Part shown: positions 40,982-48,510 of the stretch, piece after piece
How positions within the stretch are numbered: the stretch's first letter is position 1
Layout of the letters: each line of letters opens with the position of its first letter
Source: a virus
Virus record (IMG/VR): IMGVR_UViG_3300044970_001685
DNA: 64,000 nt
Strand: one strand, 5' to 3'
Notes under the pieces: generated by a model
The model's input: only the letters and a program-made list of their open reading frames with translations
What the model was told of the DNA's origin: nothing
Database searches by the model: none
Made by a program: the position numbers and the translations under genes

Positions 40982-41977
40982 ATGGCACCTTTATTGGGAA
41001 GACTTGGTGTAGATAGAAGTGGTTTTGGATTTGGCGGTAGAAGAAAACTTTTAAGTACATTAGTTTTTGTACCAAAAGAATACGTATTTTTTGGTACAAC
41101 AGGATCAAGCACAACAGGAACTTTACCAGATTTATCTGGTTATACCACAATAAAAGTATCTGGTGTTGGTGCTGGTGGTGATGGAAATCCTAGTCATCCA
41201 GGGGGATGTTGTCCTGGTCGAGGTGGTGGTGGAGGCGCTGCGGCAAATATTCGTGGTGATAGTTTTCCTGTTCCCGGAAATGGTATTACAAGCATTTATT
41301 ATTCAGTTGGTGGGTCTAATGGCGCAGACACTTTCATTCAAATAAATGGTCCTGGTGGGACTGATTTAATCAGATTTCGTGGAGGATCTCCAAATACGGG
41401 AGAAACTGCGGGACCAGGTGGACCTTCAACAGGAGGTGGACCAAATTGTGTATCTGGCAGTCCTGGTGGTGCTGGTGCTCCTAGATTTTCCAACGGCAAT
41501 CCTGCACCCGGAGCAACTAATGCATGTGGAGGTGGTGGGGGTTCTGGTGGAGCAGTAGACAATGGACAACCAGGAACTACCGGTGGTAGTGGTGGTCCTA
41601 GTAATTTTACACCAATTGCACCTAATGTAATTACTACAACTGCTTTTGGTCCTGCACCAACAACATGGAGTATTGGTCCGGCAGGTCCACATGCTGGCGG
41701 TGGTGGTGGATATGGATCTACCGCAGGTACTAGTAATGGAACAGATGCCGGTGACGTATCATGGGCAGAAGGTGGTGGAGGTGCTGGGTATCCTATCGGA
41801 CCTGGATCTGGAGCTCCAGGATCAGGTGGTGCAGGTGCGGGTATTAGATGGACTGATCCTTCGGATCCAATAAATAATGGCAAATTTTTTGGTGGAGGTG
41901 GAGGAGGTATTGGTGGAAGCATTAACCCAGTAGATGGATATGGTGGCAAAGGATTTTTAATTATTCAACTTTCTTAA
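40982..41977 (+). CDS. Glycine/proline-rich protein 7
   Basis: MAPLLGRL..GFGFGG; GAGG..GGGGG tracts; GGKGFLIIQ end. Confidence 0.75.
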   Translation: MAPLLGRLGVDRSGFGFGGRRKLLSTLVFVPKEYVFFGTTGSSTTGTLPDLSGYTTIKVSGVGAGGDGNPSHPGGCCPGRGGGGGAAANIRGDSFPVPGNGITSIYYSVGGSNGADTFIQINGPGGTDLIRFRGGSPNTGETAGPGGPSTGGGPNCVSGSPGGAGAPRFSNGNPAPGATNACGGGGGSGGAVDNGQPGTTGGSGGPSNFTPIAPNVITTTAFGPAPTTWSIGPAGPHAGGGGGYGSTAGTSNGTDAGDVSWAEGGGGAGYPIGPGSGAPGSGGAGAGIRWTDPSDPINNGKFFGGGGGGIGGSINPVDGYGGKGFLIIQLS

Positions 41978-41985
41978 ATATAAAA

Positions 41986-42501
41986 ATGATTACTGAAATT
42001 TATACCGGATCAGAGTCCGTTTCTATTGCTGATCGTGAATTGTTAAAGGACATATTTACATCAGATACTTTTCAATGGTATTACAATCCAACTACAATAT
42101 CTGACAATAAAATAAACAGATCTCAATTTACTCATAGAATATATCAGAATGATACTGTTTGTTCTGACCATTATTCTATTATTCACGAAATTTTTTCATA
42201 TAAAATTCCAGAATTTCATACACATAAACTGAATAGAATTAAAGCAAATCTTAATATTGCACATTCAAATAGAAAAATCCTTCCCCCCCACAGAGATCTA
42301 AGTGGAGGAGAAGGAGTTGTTTACATTTATTATGTTGATGATTCTGATGGACATACCATCCTTTATGATGGTTGGAAAAAAATTAAAGTAGAACCAAAAA
42401 AAGGTAAATTGATCAGATTTCCTGCAACTATGTTACACACAGGAAATGTGCCAAGAAAATATGATAGAAGAACTGTAATTAACTTTGTATTTGAAGATTA
42501 A
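41986..42501 (+). CDS. 2OG-Fe(II) oxygenase-like protein
   Basis: RIKANL...PHRD...YYV.DSDG.T...P.KG...F....H.G..P....R.VINF. Confidence 0.85.
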   Translation: MITEIYTGSESVSIADRELLKDIFTSDTFQWYYNPTTISDNKINRSQFTHRIYQNDTVCSDHYSIIHEIFSYKIPEFHTHKLNRIKANLNIAHSNRKILPPHRDLSGGEGVVYIYYVDDSDGHTILYDGWKKIKVEPKKGKLIRFPATMLHTGNVPRKYDRRTVINFVFED

Positions 42502-43120
42502 CTGTTGAATCCATGTTTCCGATTTTTCCTGTCGGAAAAAGATTAAAAGCAACTGACACTCTTTCGGGGTCCTTATAATTTCTATCTATTTTATGATACA
42601 AATAACTTGGGAAAATAAGAAGTTGATTCTTTTTAGGTAGAAAATCCCATGTTTTAGAATTCCATATATTCCACTCTTTTGGTTCAGTTAATGAAAGTTG
42701 TCTTGGAGCAAGATTGTAACTTTCAAATTCTATTGGAGTATTGGCATCTTCAAAATAGAAAACTCCACTATACATAGAGTTTGAATGTTGATGAAATTGT
42801 CCATAGGAACCTCTTATAGTTCTAGTTGCCCAAGAAGTTGTAATTTCAAATTTATCTTCATATGCTTTCATTACGTTATTTTTATAGTAATGATTAAAAA
42901 CTTCTAAAAATATTTCTTTTTCCCTTGGAAATTTATTTAAAATATACCTGTCTATTGATATTTCTTGTCCATAGGATCCACTGGAACTTATTGATTGAAA
43001 ATCAAGATTTTTTACACCATTTTCAAATGCTGAGAAATCTTCATTTATAATCAACTTCAAAACTGTGGATGGGAAGAGTGGATAAATTTCTTCGGATATT
43101 CTATTTTCAGAATTGTTCAT
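42479..43120 (-). CDS. Putative 2OG-Fe(II) oxygenase (HxH type)
   Basis: LFP; SW...HQHSNS.YSGVFY...LIFPSYL.H....N....R.S.AFN. Confidence 0.85.
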   Translation of the reverse strand: MNNSENRISEEIYPLFPSTVLKLIINEDFSAFENGVKNLDFQSISSSGSYGQEISIDRYILNKFPREKEIFLEVFNHYYKNNVMKAYEDKFEITTSWATRTIRGSYGQFHQHSNSMYSGVFYFEDANTPIEFESYNLAPRQLSLTEPKEWNIWNSKTWDFLPKKNQLLIFPSYLYHKIDRNYKDPERVSVAFNLFPTGKIGNMDSTVNLQIQS

Positions 43121-43168
43121 GGTATTTTAAGCAAGTATAATATATATTATATCAACTAAAAGTCAAAT

Positions 43169-43462
43169 ATGATTAAAATATTTACATATTTAGATCAAGG
43201 ATGTGAACCTTGTAAACATGTTTTGAATAATTTAAAACAGATTGAAAATTGGAAAAATTATTTTGAAATAGTTGACATATGTGTAGATTCTAGCAAAGAA
43301 GTCAAAAGTACACAAGAATCTGCATTTTCTGAACAAGCGTTAAAATATAATATCACACAGGGACCAACTATTGTAATTGTTGATGGAGATAATTTTAGTA
43401 TTGAAAATGTAAAGCCAGATAGCATGTCAGAAGATTATCTGAGATCATTGATTGATCAATAA
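43169..43462 (+). CDS. Thioredoxin/glutaredoxin-fold protein
   Basis: CEPC motif; YNI..GPTIVI. Confidence 0.7.
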   Translation: MIKIFTYLDQGCEPCKHVLNNLKQIENWKNYFEIVDICVDSSKEVKSTQESAFSEQALKYNITQGPTIVIVDGDNFSIENVKPDSMSEDYLRSLIDQ

Positions 43463-43558
43463 ATGGTTATCATTTATCTACGCAGATTTCGTAGGAGCAA
43501 AAGAAAACCACAATAATCTGTTATAATATACATAAAATAAAAACATTTACGAAACTAT

Positions 43559-43795
43559 ATGAATTTTACAGTTTATTCAAAAACAGGTTGTCCATACTGT
43601 GATAAGGTCAAGAATGTGCTTGACTTGACAGAACAGAAGTATGTGATTTATACTCTTAATCAGGACTTTACAAGAGAAGAGTTCTATGCAGAGTTTGGGG
43701 AAGGATCAACATTTCCACAGGTAATTTGTAATGACAAAAAAATCGGAGGATCAGTCGAAACAATCAAATTCCTCAAAGAACAGAAAATCGTCTGA
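43559..43795 (+). CDS. nrdC: Glutaredoxin
   Basis: CPYC, TFPQV, IGG. Confidence 0.92.
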   Translation: MNFTVYSKTGCPYCDKVKNVLDLTEQKYVIYTLNQDFTREEFYAEFGEGSTFPQVICNDKKIGGSVETIKFLKEQKIV

Positions 43796-44006
43796 CACAA
43801 ACATAAATAAACCAGAAGACCACTTTAACCGTGGCATTGAACTTATTCTTAATGGAGGGAAAAGAAAGCAGACTCAACCATTCCACATTATCTTTGAGAA
43901 GATAGTTTGCTTTCTGAATCGGGAAGTAACTATCTATTTTGAATTTTCCTTAAAGTCAAGGAAGAAAAAAGTAGTTTCCCGGAGAAAAAGAAATGTTAGC
44001 AGTTAG
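43731..44006 (+). CDS. Hypothetical protein (start uncertain)
   Basis: ORF fills the gap between nrdC and the next gene. Confidence 0.45.
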   Translation: MTKKSEDQSKQSNSSKNRKSSDTNINKPEDHFNRGIELILNGGKRKQTQPFHIIFEKIVCFLNREVTIYFEFSLKSRKKKVVSRRKRNVSS

Positions 44007-44223
44007 CTTAGTATTCGGTTCATTTCTAACCATATTGTTTCTTATAGTGGGACTTGTAACAGGTTGGGTGGCAAGAGAATATATGATGAACTATCGGGAA
44101 ATTCCAAGACCACATCCTGAGATGTTTGACCATCAGGGAAACCTGATACCTGACGAAGTAATTGCATTTAATTTTGAGAACTATCATGACTACGACGAAG
44201 AAGACGACAGCAGCGACGACTAA
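43993..44223 (+). CDS. Small membrane-anchored hypothetical protein
   Basis: N-terminal TM; HPEMFD..GN..PDE; acidic tail. Confidence 0.75.
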   Translation: MLAVSLVFGSFLTILFLIVGLVTGWVAREYMMNYREIPRPHPEMFDHQGNLIPDEVIAFNFENYHDYDEEDDSSDD

Positions 44224-44818
44224 AACAAAAACTACCGCAACAAAGAAACCAGCAGCACCAAAGGCAAAAGTAATTGCAGAAGCGATTCCTGAACTTCCTG
44301 CAAATCCTTTTATCTTTGAGATCTTTAATGCTGCTTCAAAGCAAAGATCTAATGCTAAGAAGGTAGAGGTTCTTCAAAAGTACTCTCATCCTGCTCTTAA
44401 AGCATTGTTCATTTGGAATTTTGATGAGACTATCACATCAGCACTTCCTCCTGGAGATGTTCCATACTCTGCTGTAAATGAGATGGATTCATTCAAAGGA
44501 ACTTTGAGTGAAAAGATTGCTGATGCAGTTGAAAAAATGGAAGAACTTGGTTCTAATTCACTTGGATCACAAGATCAAGGACGTTCTTCTATTCGTAAGG
44601 AATATCAAAAGTTTTATAACTTTATCAAAGGTGGAAACGATGGACTGAGTTCTCTTCGTAGAGAAACGATGTTTATCAACTTGCTTCAAGGTCTACATCC
44701 ACTAGAAGCAGAGATTATTTGTCTAGTAAAAGATAAAAATCTGGAATCAAAATACAAGATTACAAAAGAAATTGCTTCACAAGCATACCCCGATATTATT
44801 TGGGGAGGACGTTCGTGA
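44186..44818 (+). CDS. Conserved T4-like phage hypothetical protein
   Basis: WNFD...LPPG.VPY; RRE.MFI.LL.GLHP.EAE. Confidence 0.75.
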   Translation: MTTTKKTTAATTKTKTTATKKPAAPKAKVIAEAIPELPANPFIFEIFNAASKQRSNAKKVEVLQKYSHPALKALFIWNFDETITSALPPGDVPYSAVNEMDSFKGTLSEKIADAVEKMEELGSNSLGSQDQGRSSIRKEYQKFYNFIKGGNDGLSSLRRETMFINLLQGLHPLEAEIICLVKDKNLESKYKITKEIASQAYPDIIWGGRS

Positions 44819-45153
44819 ATCAAGTTATTGATAAAGTACAGGAAAAGCACATGGATCATTGGACATCAGCAGAAAAAGAAACTTGTAAGTCACGTTACGG
44901 TTGCGAAATTATGATTGAAAATGGTTCATATTCTGATGTATGTACAAAAGAAGCACCTAATGATGCATACATTATTAAGTATCTTGTAGAAGATAAAATC
45001 TGTTTTGACCTTACACGAGGTTCTAAAATTAAACTTTTTGATATGTACTGGGATAAGTTTCGTGAGAACTTGAAGAGTATTGACTTTGGATATGGTAGAA
45101 TCAATCCAAAACTCTGGGGATATAAATCACCCGAAAAGAAAAAGAGAAAGTGA
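44815..45153 (+). CDS. Hypothetical protein
   Basis: LFD.YWD...G.G.INPKLWG; GTGA overlap. Confidence 0.7.
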   Translation: MNQVIDKVQEKHMDHWTSAEKETCKSRYGCEIMIENGSYSDVCTKEAPNDAYIIKYLVEDKICFDLTRGSKIKLFDMYWDKFRENLKSIDFGYGRINPKLWGYKSPEKKKRK

Positions 45154-45157
45154 TTTC

Positions 45158-45191
45158 AAAAATGCTGGGAAAAAATCCCGGCAATTTTTTT
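45158..45191 (+). terminator. Terminator
   Basis: TGCTGGGA-aaaaa-TCCCGGCA followed by a T tract. Confidence 0.7.
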
Positions 45192-45211
45192 ACCCCATAA
45201 GATTTTATAAA

Positions 45212-45266
45212 ACTGTATCGCATTATACAGTGTAAACTTGCTATATACTTTCAATAGGTCTATAAT
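45212..45266 (+). promoter_or_regulatory. NtcA-type box plus sigma70 promoter
   Basis: acTGTA-TCGCATTA-TACAgt (GTA-N8-TAC at 45215-45228); TTGCTA-17-TATAAT. Confidence 0.7.
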
Positions 45267-45273
45267 GACCTTA

Positions 45274-45324
45274 CGTTCATTCGCTATTTGCGAATAGCGA
45301 ACGGAAGTAAGCCGACTCGGAACG
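45274..45324 (+). ncRNA. Glutamine riboswitch-like aptamer 1 (glnA/Downstream-peptide family)
   Basis: CGTTCA-[TTCGCTATT/AATAGCGAA stem]-CGGAAGTAAGCCGAC..GGAACG. Confidence 0.75.
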
Positions 45325-45328
45325 AAGC

Positions 45329-45500
45329 CGTTCATCTATGGAAGCATTTTTTTTAACTTGCCTTCAAGCTAATTTTATCATTGGAAGAGTAACTACTCAT
45401 CCAAGATTAGATGCCCAGCAAAAAAATGATATTGTTTGGGAAGTAAAGCAAGTTACAAAAAAAGGTTGTTTCATAGACGCAAAAGCCGACTGAAGGAACG
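45329..45500 (+). ncRNA. Glutamine riboswitch-like aptamer 2 with an ORF inside its stem-loop
   Basis: CGTTCA-TCTATG...CATAGA-CGCAAAAGCCGACTGAAGGAACG. Confidence 0.65.
45338..45493 (+). CDS. 51-aa ORF embedded in aptamer 2 (MEAFFLTCLQ...GCFIDAKAD)
   Basis: Hand-translated; open from the ATG in the 5' stem strand to the TGA in the 3' core. Confidence 0.6.
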   Translation: MEAFFLTCLQANFIIGRVTTHPRLDAQQKNDIVWEVKQVTKKGCFIDAKAD

Positions 45501-45533
45501 CTCTTTAATTTAAAAACCTAAGGAGAAAACCTA

Positions 45534-45671
45534 ATGTCTAAAGTAGTATATCGCGGCGTTGAATACGATACGCAAAAGCGTTTGGAGTATCAACAGCAGA
45601 TGATGCAGCAACCCCAACAATACAACGAAACCTATCGTGGTGTTAAGTTTGTAAAGGAGGGGCATAAGTGA
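45534..45671 (+). CDS. DUF4278-like small protein (45 aa)
   Basis: MSKVVYRGVEYD...TYRGVKF; AAGGAG RBS; downstream of glutamine aptamers. Confidence 0.8.
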   Translation: MSKVVYRGVEYDTQKRLEYQQQMMQQPQQYNETYRGVKFVKEGHK

Positions 45672-45772
45672 TGAATACTTATTTTGTGCGTTATCTTAAA
45701 ACAAAAGCAAAGAAGGAAAAACTTCTAAAAGCGGCTCAAATTAATATGGCAATGCAACCACAAGTTGCTTGA
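45671..45772 (+). CDS. 33-aa basic peptide (MNTYFVRYLKTKAKKEKLLKAAQINMAMQPQVA)
   Basis: TGATG coupling; ends just before a terminator. Confidence 0.6.
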   Translation: MNTYFVRYLKTKAKKEKLLKAAQINMAMQPQVA

Positions 45773-45775
45773 AGT

Positions 45776-45803
45776 AAAGGAGGGTTGATCCCCTCCTTTT
45801 TTT
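45776..45803 (+). terminator. Terminator with an embedded -35 (TTGATC)
   Basis: AAAGGAGGG-ttgatc-CCCTCCTTT followed by a T tract. Confidence 0.8.
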
Positions 45804-45834
45804 ATGTTAAAATAGATCGAGAGAACAATATCTT

Positions 45835-46008
45835 ATGGACAAAGACAAACTAAAACTCATCGTCCGTAATCTGGAACTTTTGGTAGATTCTCTGAAAGCA
45901 GAAATTTACTCTGATACACAGAGTTATCTTAACTATGATGAAGTAAAAAAAGGATTACACCACGATTATGACGAAATCTTTGAAGACGATGATGGATACC
46001 CGGATTAA
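45835..46008 (+). CDS. Small hypothetical protein (57 aa, MDKDKLKLIVRNLELLV...)
   Basis: Hand-translated; fills the gap. Confidence 0.7.
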   Translation: MDKDKLKLIVRNLELLVDSLKAEIYSDTQSYLNYDEVKKGLHHDYDEIFEDDDGYPD

Positions 46009-46165
46009 TAGAGCAAAAAAACTTGTTAAGTTACTTGAAAGACTTGTAAAACAAGAGCATCTCTATACAGCAGAAAAAATCATAGAGATGAAATCACAAC
46101 TGCGAGTAGTTAAAGAAGAGATCGCAGAATTAGAAAAGAAAACTTCAAAAGGATTTGGTAAATGA
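45968..46165 (+). CDS. Small coiled-coil hypothetical protein (start uncertain)
   Basis: Ends KGFGK; ATGA overlap with thyX. Confidence 0.65.
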   Translation: MTKSLKTMMDTRINRAKKLVKLLERLVKQEHLYTAEKIIEMKSQLRVVKEEIAELEKKTSKGFGK

Positions 46166-46797
46166 GCGTAAAACTAATTAGTGTAACACCCGATGCTGAG
46201 CAAACAATGGCATATGTTGCTAGGGTCTCTAATCCTAGTAACCAAGACAATGAGAACTATGCAGGGTTACTGCGTTATTGTATTAAGCATAATCATTGGT
46301 CTGTTTTTGAGCAGGCATTTATGACGCTGGAAATTGAAACAAATCGTGGTATAGCAGCTCAAATTTTGCGTCATAGATCATTTACATATCAGGAATTTTC
46401 GCAACGCTATGCAGATTCATCTCTTCTAGCAGATTACATTCCAGTTCCAGATCTTCGTCGTCAGGATACAAAGAATCGACAAAATTCGATTGATGATATT
46501 GGAGATTATGAAAAACTAACACTTCAAAGCAAAATTCAAGAGCATTTTGCGGAAGGTATGCGCCTCTACAAGGAACTTCTCTCTCACGGAGTGGCAAAGG
46601 AGTGTGCAAGGTTTGTATTGCCCTTAGCAACGCCCACACGTATCTATATGACCGGTTCTTGCAGGTCATGGATACATTATATCAATCTTCGTTCTGCAAA
46701 CGGAACTCAGAAAGAACATATGGACATTGCTCTGGAATGTAAGAATGTGTTTTCCGAACAATTCCCAACAGTTGCAGAAGCTCTTGAATGGATCTAA
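46162..46797 (+). CDS. thyX: FAD-dependent thymidylate synthase
   Basis: HWSVFE; QILRHRSFTYQEFSQRY. Confidence 0.96.
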   Translation: MSVKLISVTPDAEQTMAYVARVSNPSNQDNENYAGLLRYCIKHNHWSVFEQAFMTLEIETNRGIAAQILRHRSFTYQEFSQRYADSSLLADYIPVPDLRRQDTKNRQNSIDDIGDYEKLTLQSKIQEHFAEGMRLYKELLSHGVAKECARFVLPLATPTRIYMTGSCRSWIHYINLRSANGTQKEHMDIALECKNVFSEQFPTVAEALEWI

Positions 46798-46821
46798 ATA
46801 AAATATCTTGAAATTATAACA

Positions 46822-47070
46822 ATGCCAACGTACCCCGTAGTGAATACAAAAACTGGTGAACAGAAAGAAGTGGAAATGAGTATCCACGACTGGGACCAGT
46901 GGAAAAATGATAATCCAGACTGGACTCGTGATTGGTCCGACCCATCAACTTGCCCTAGTGCAGGAGAAGTTGGTGAATGGAAGGATAAACTCGTTGCAAG
47001 AAATCCTGGTTGGAATGACATTTTACATAAAGCATCAAAAGCACCTGGTTCAAAAGTAAAAAAGATCTAA
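46822..47070 (+). CDS. Conserved hypothetical protein (MPTYP...)
   Basis: Typical T4-like gene upstream of phoH. Confidence 0.75.
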   Translation: MPTYPVVNTKTGEQKEVEMSIHDWDQWKNDNPDWTRDWSDPSTCPSAGEVGEWKDKLVARNPGWNDILHKASKAPGSKVKKI

Positions 47071-47071
47071 T

Positions 47072-47830
47072 ATGGCAAGAAGAAAAAGAGGCAACACTGA
47101 TCAACCAATCGGAGTTGGTTTGACCGCAAAACAAATGAAGAGGAGAAAGCCTCTGAGTTCTGATTACTTAATTGATATTGAACCTCTTACAAATAATCAA
47201 AAAAGACTTTTTGATTCTTATACTGAGGGTAAGCATCTAGTTGCTTACGGTTGTGCTGGAACTGGTAAAACCTTTATTACTCTTTATAATGCCCTTCAAG
47301 ATGTTCTGGATGAACAATCTCCTTATGAAAGAATCTATTTGGTTCGTTCTCTTGTAGCAACTCGTGAGATTGGATTTCTTCCTGGATCTCATGAGGACAA
47401 AGCAGATATTTACCAGATTCCTTATAAGAATATGGTGAAGTATATGTTCCAAATGCCTTCTGATGCAGACTTTGAAATGCTTTATGGTAACTTAAAGTCA
47501 CAAGAAACTATCAAGTTTTGGAGCACCTCATTCCTTCGTGGAACTACTCTTGATAATTCAATTATTATTGTAGATGAATTTCAGAATTTAAACTTTCACG
47601 AACTAGATTCAATTATTACTCGTGTTGGTGAAAATACTAAAATTTGTTTCTGTGGAGATGCTTCTCAGTCTGATTTACAAAAAACAAATGAGCGCAATGG
47701 TATCATAGACTTTATGTCAGTGTTGCGTAAAATGCCTTCATTTGATATAATTGAATTTGGTGTAGATGATATTGTTCGTTCTGGACTTGTCAAAGAATAC
47801 ATTCTTGCAAAAATGGATGCTGGTTTTTAA
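47072..47830 (+). CDS. phoH: PhoH-like ATPase
   Basis: GCAGTGKT; IGFLPG; RGTTL; DE.QN; GD..Q.D; IVRS. Confidence 0.96.
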   Translation: MARRKRGNTDQPIGVGLTAKQMKRRKPLSSDYLIDIEPLTNNQKRLFDSYTEGKHLVAYGCAGTGKTFITLYNALQDVLDEQSPYERIYLVRSLVATREIGFLPGSHEDKADIYQIPYKNMVKYMFQMPSDADFEMLYGNLKSQETIKFWSTSFLRGTTLDNSIIIVDEFQNLNFHELDSIITRVGENTKICFCGDASQSDLQKTNERNGIIDFMSVLRKMPSFDIIEFGVDDIVRSGLVKEYILAKMDAGF

Positions 47831-48510
47831 TGTTTAATCACATTGATATTGATCTCCCTCAGTTGGAGCGTGAAACAATTGATGGTGTAAGGTACTACAA
47901 AGTACCCACAGAAGAAGAACTCCTCCGACTGGTCTCCATCACTTCGGTGACCAGTCATTTTAATAAAGAAATTTTTATTAACTGGCGCAAAAAAGTTGGA
48001 GAAGAAGAAGCAGAGCGTGTTACAAAAGCGGCAACAAGTCGTGGAACTGATATGCACCTTCTAGTAGAACATCATCTTAAAAATGAAAGTCTTCCAGAAG
48101 TTCAACCAATCTCAGATTTTCTTTTTAAAATTGCAAAAACAGACCTGAACCGTATAAATAATATTTACGCCCTAGAAGGGTCCCTATATAGTAAGCAATT
48201 AGGTATTGCTGGGACAGTTGATTGTATCGCTGAATATGACGGCGAGTTAGCAATAATTGACTTTAAAACTTCTAAAAAACCAAAACCACGAGAGTGGATC
48301 GAACATTATTTTGTTCAATGTATGGCATATGGATGTATGCTTTACGAACTGACTGGTATTTCAGTTAAAAAACTTGTAATCATTATGGCTTGCGAAAATG
48401 GAGAATGCGTCGTTTATGAAGAAAGAGACAAATCAAAGTACATCAAACTTCTCACAGAATACATTAGAAAGTTTGTTAGAGATAAACTGGAACTCTATGG
48501 AACCAAATAA
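47830..48510 (+). CDS. PD-(D/E)XK exonuclease
   Basis: SITSV; RGT.MH; AG.VDCIA; IDFKTS; Q..AY. Confidence 0.9.
   Translation: MFNHIDIDLPQLERETIDGVRYYKVPTEEELLRLVSITSVTSHFNKEIFINWRKKVGEEEAERVTKAATSRGTDMHLLVEHHLKNESLPEVQPISDFLFKIAKTDLNRINNIYALEGSLYSKQLGIAGTVDCIAEYDGELAIIDFKTSKKPKPREWIEHYFVQCMAYGCMLYELTGISVKKLVIIMACENGECVVYEERDKSKYIKLLTEYIRKFVRDKLELYGTK

Noticed and set aside
41338-41949. Pro-rich minus-strand ORFs (also 32596..32934, 35367..35666, 18896..19117) and Val-rich alternate-frame ORFs
   Set aside because: Shadows of GGT/GGA glycine codon runs in the real plus-strand genes
18519-41977. Diversity-generating retroelement or invertase shufflon driving adhesin variation
   Set aside because: No reverse transcriptase or recombinase, no adenine-specific TR/VR pair, and no inverted repeats seen in this window
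18519-41977. Gly-rich proteins as collagen or as RiPP precursors
   Set aside because: No sustained Gly-X-Y periodicity; the proteins are large with a conserved folded scaffold, and no peptidase or transporter is nearby
47830-48510. Cas4-like nuclease as a sign of CRISPR
   Set aside because: Standard T4-like exonuclease in core synteny; no repeat-spacer array or cas genes seen
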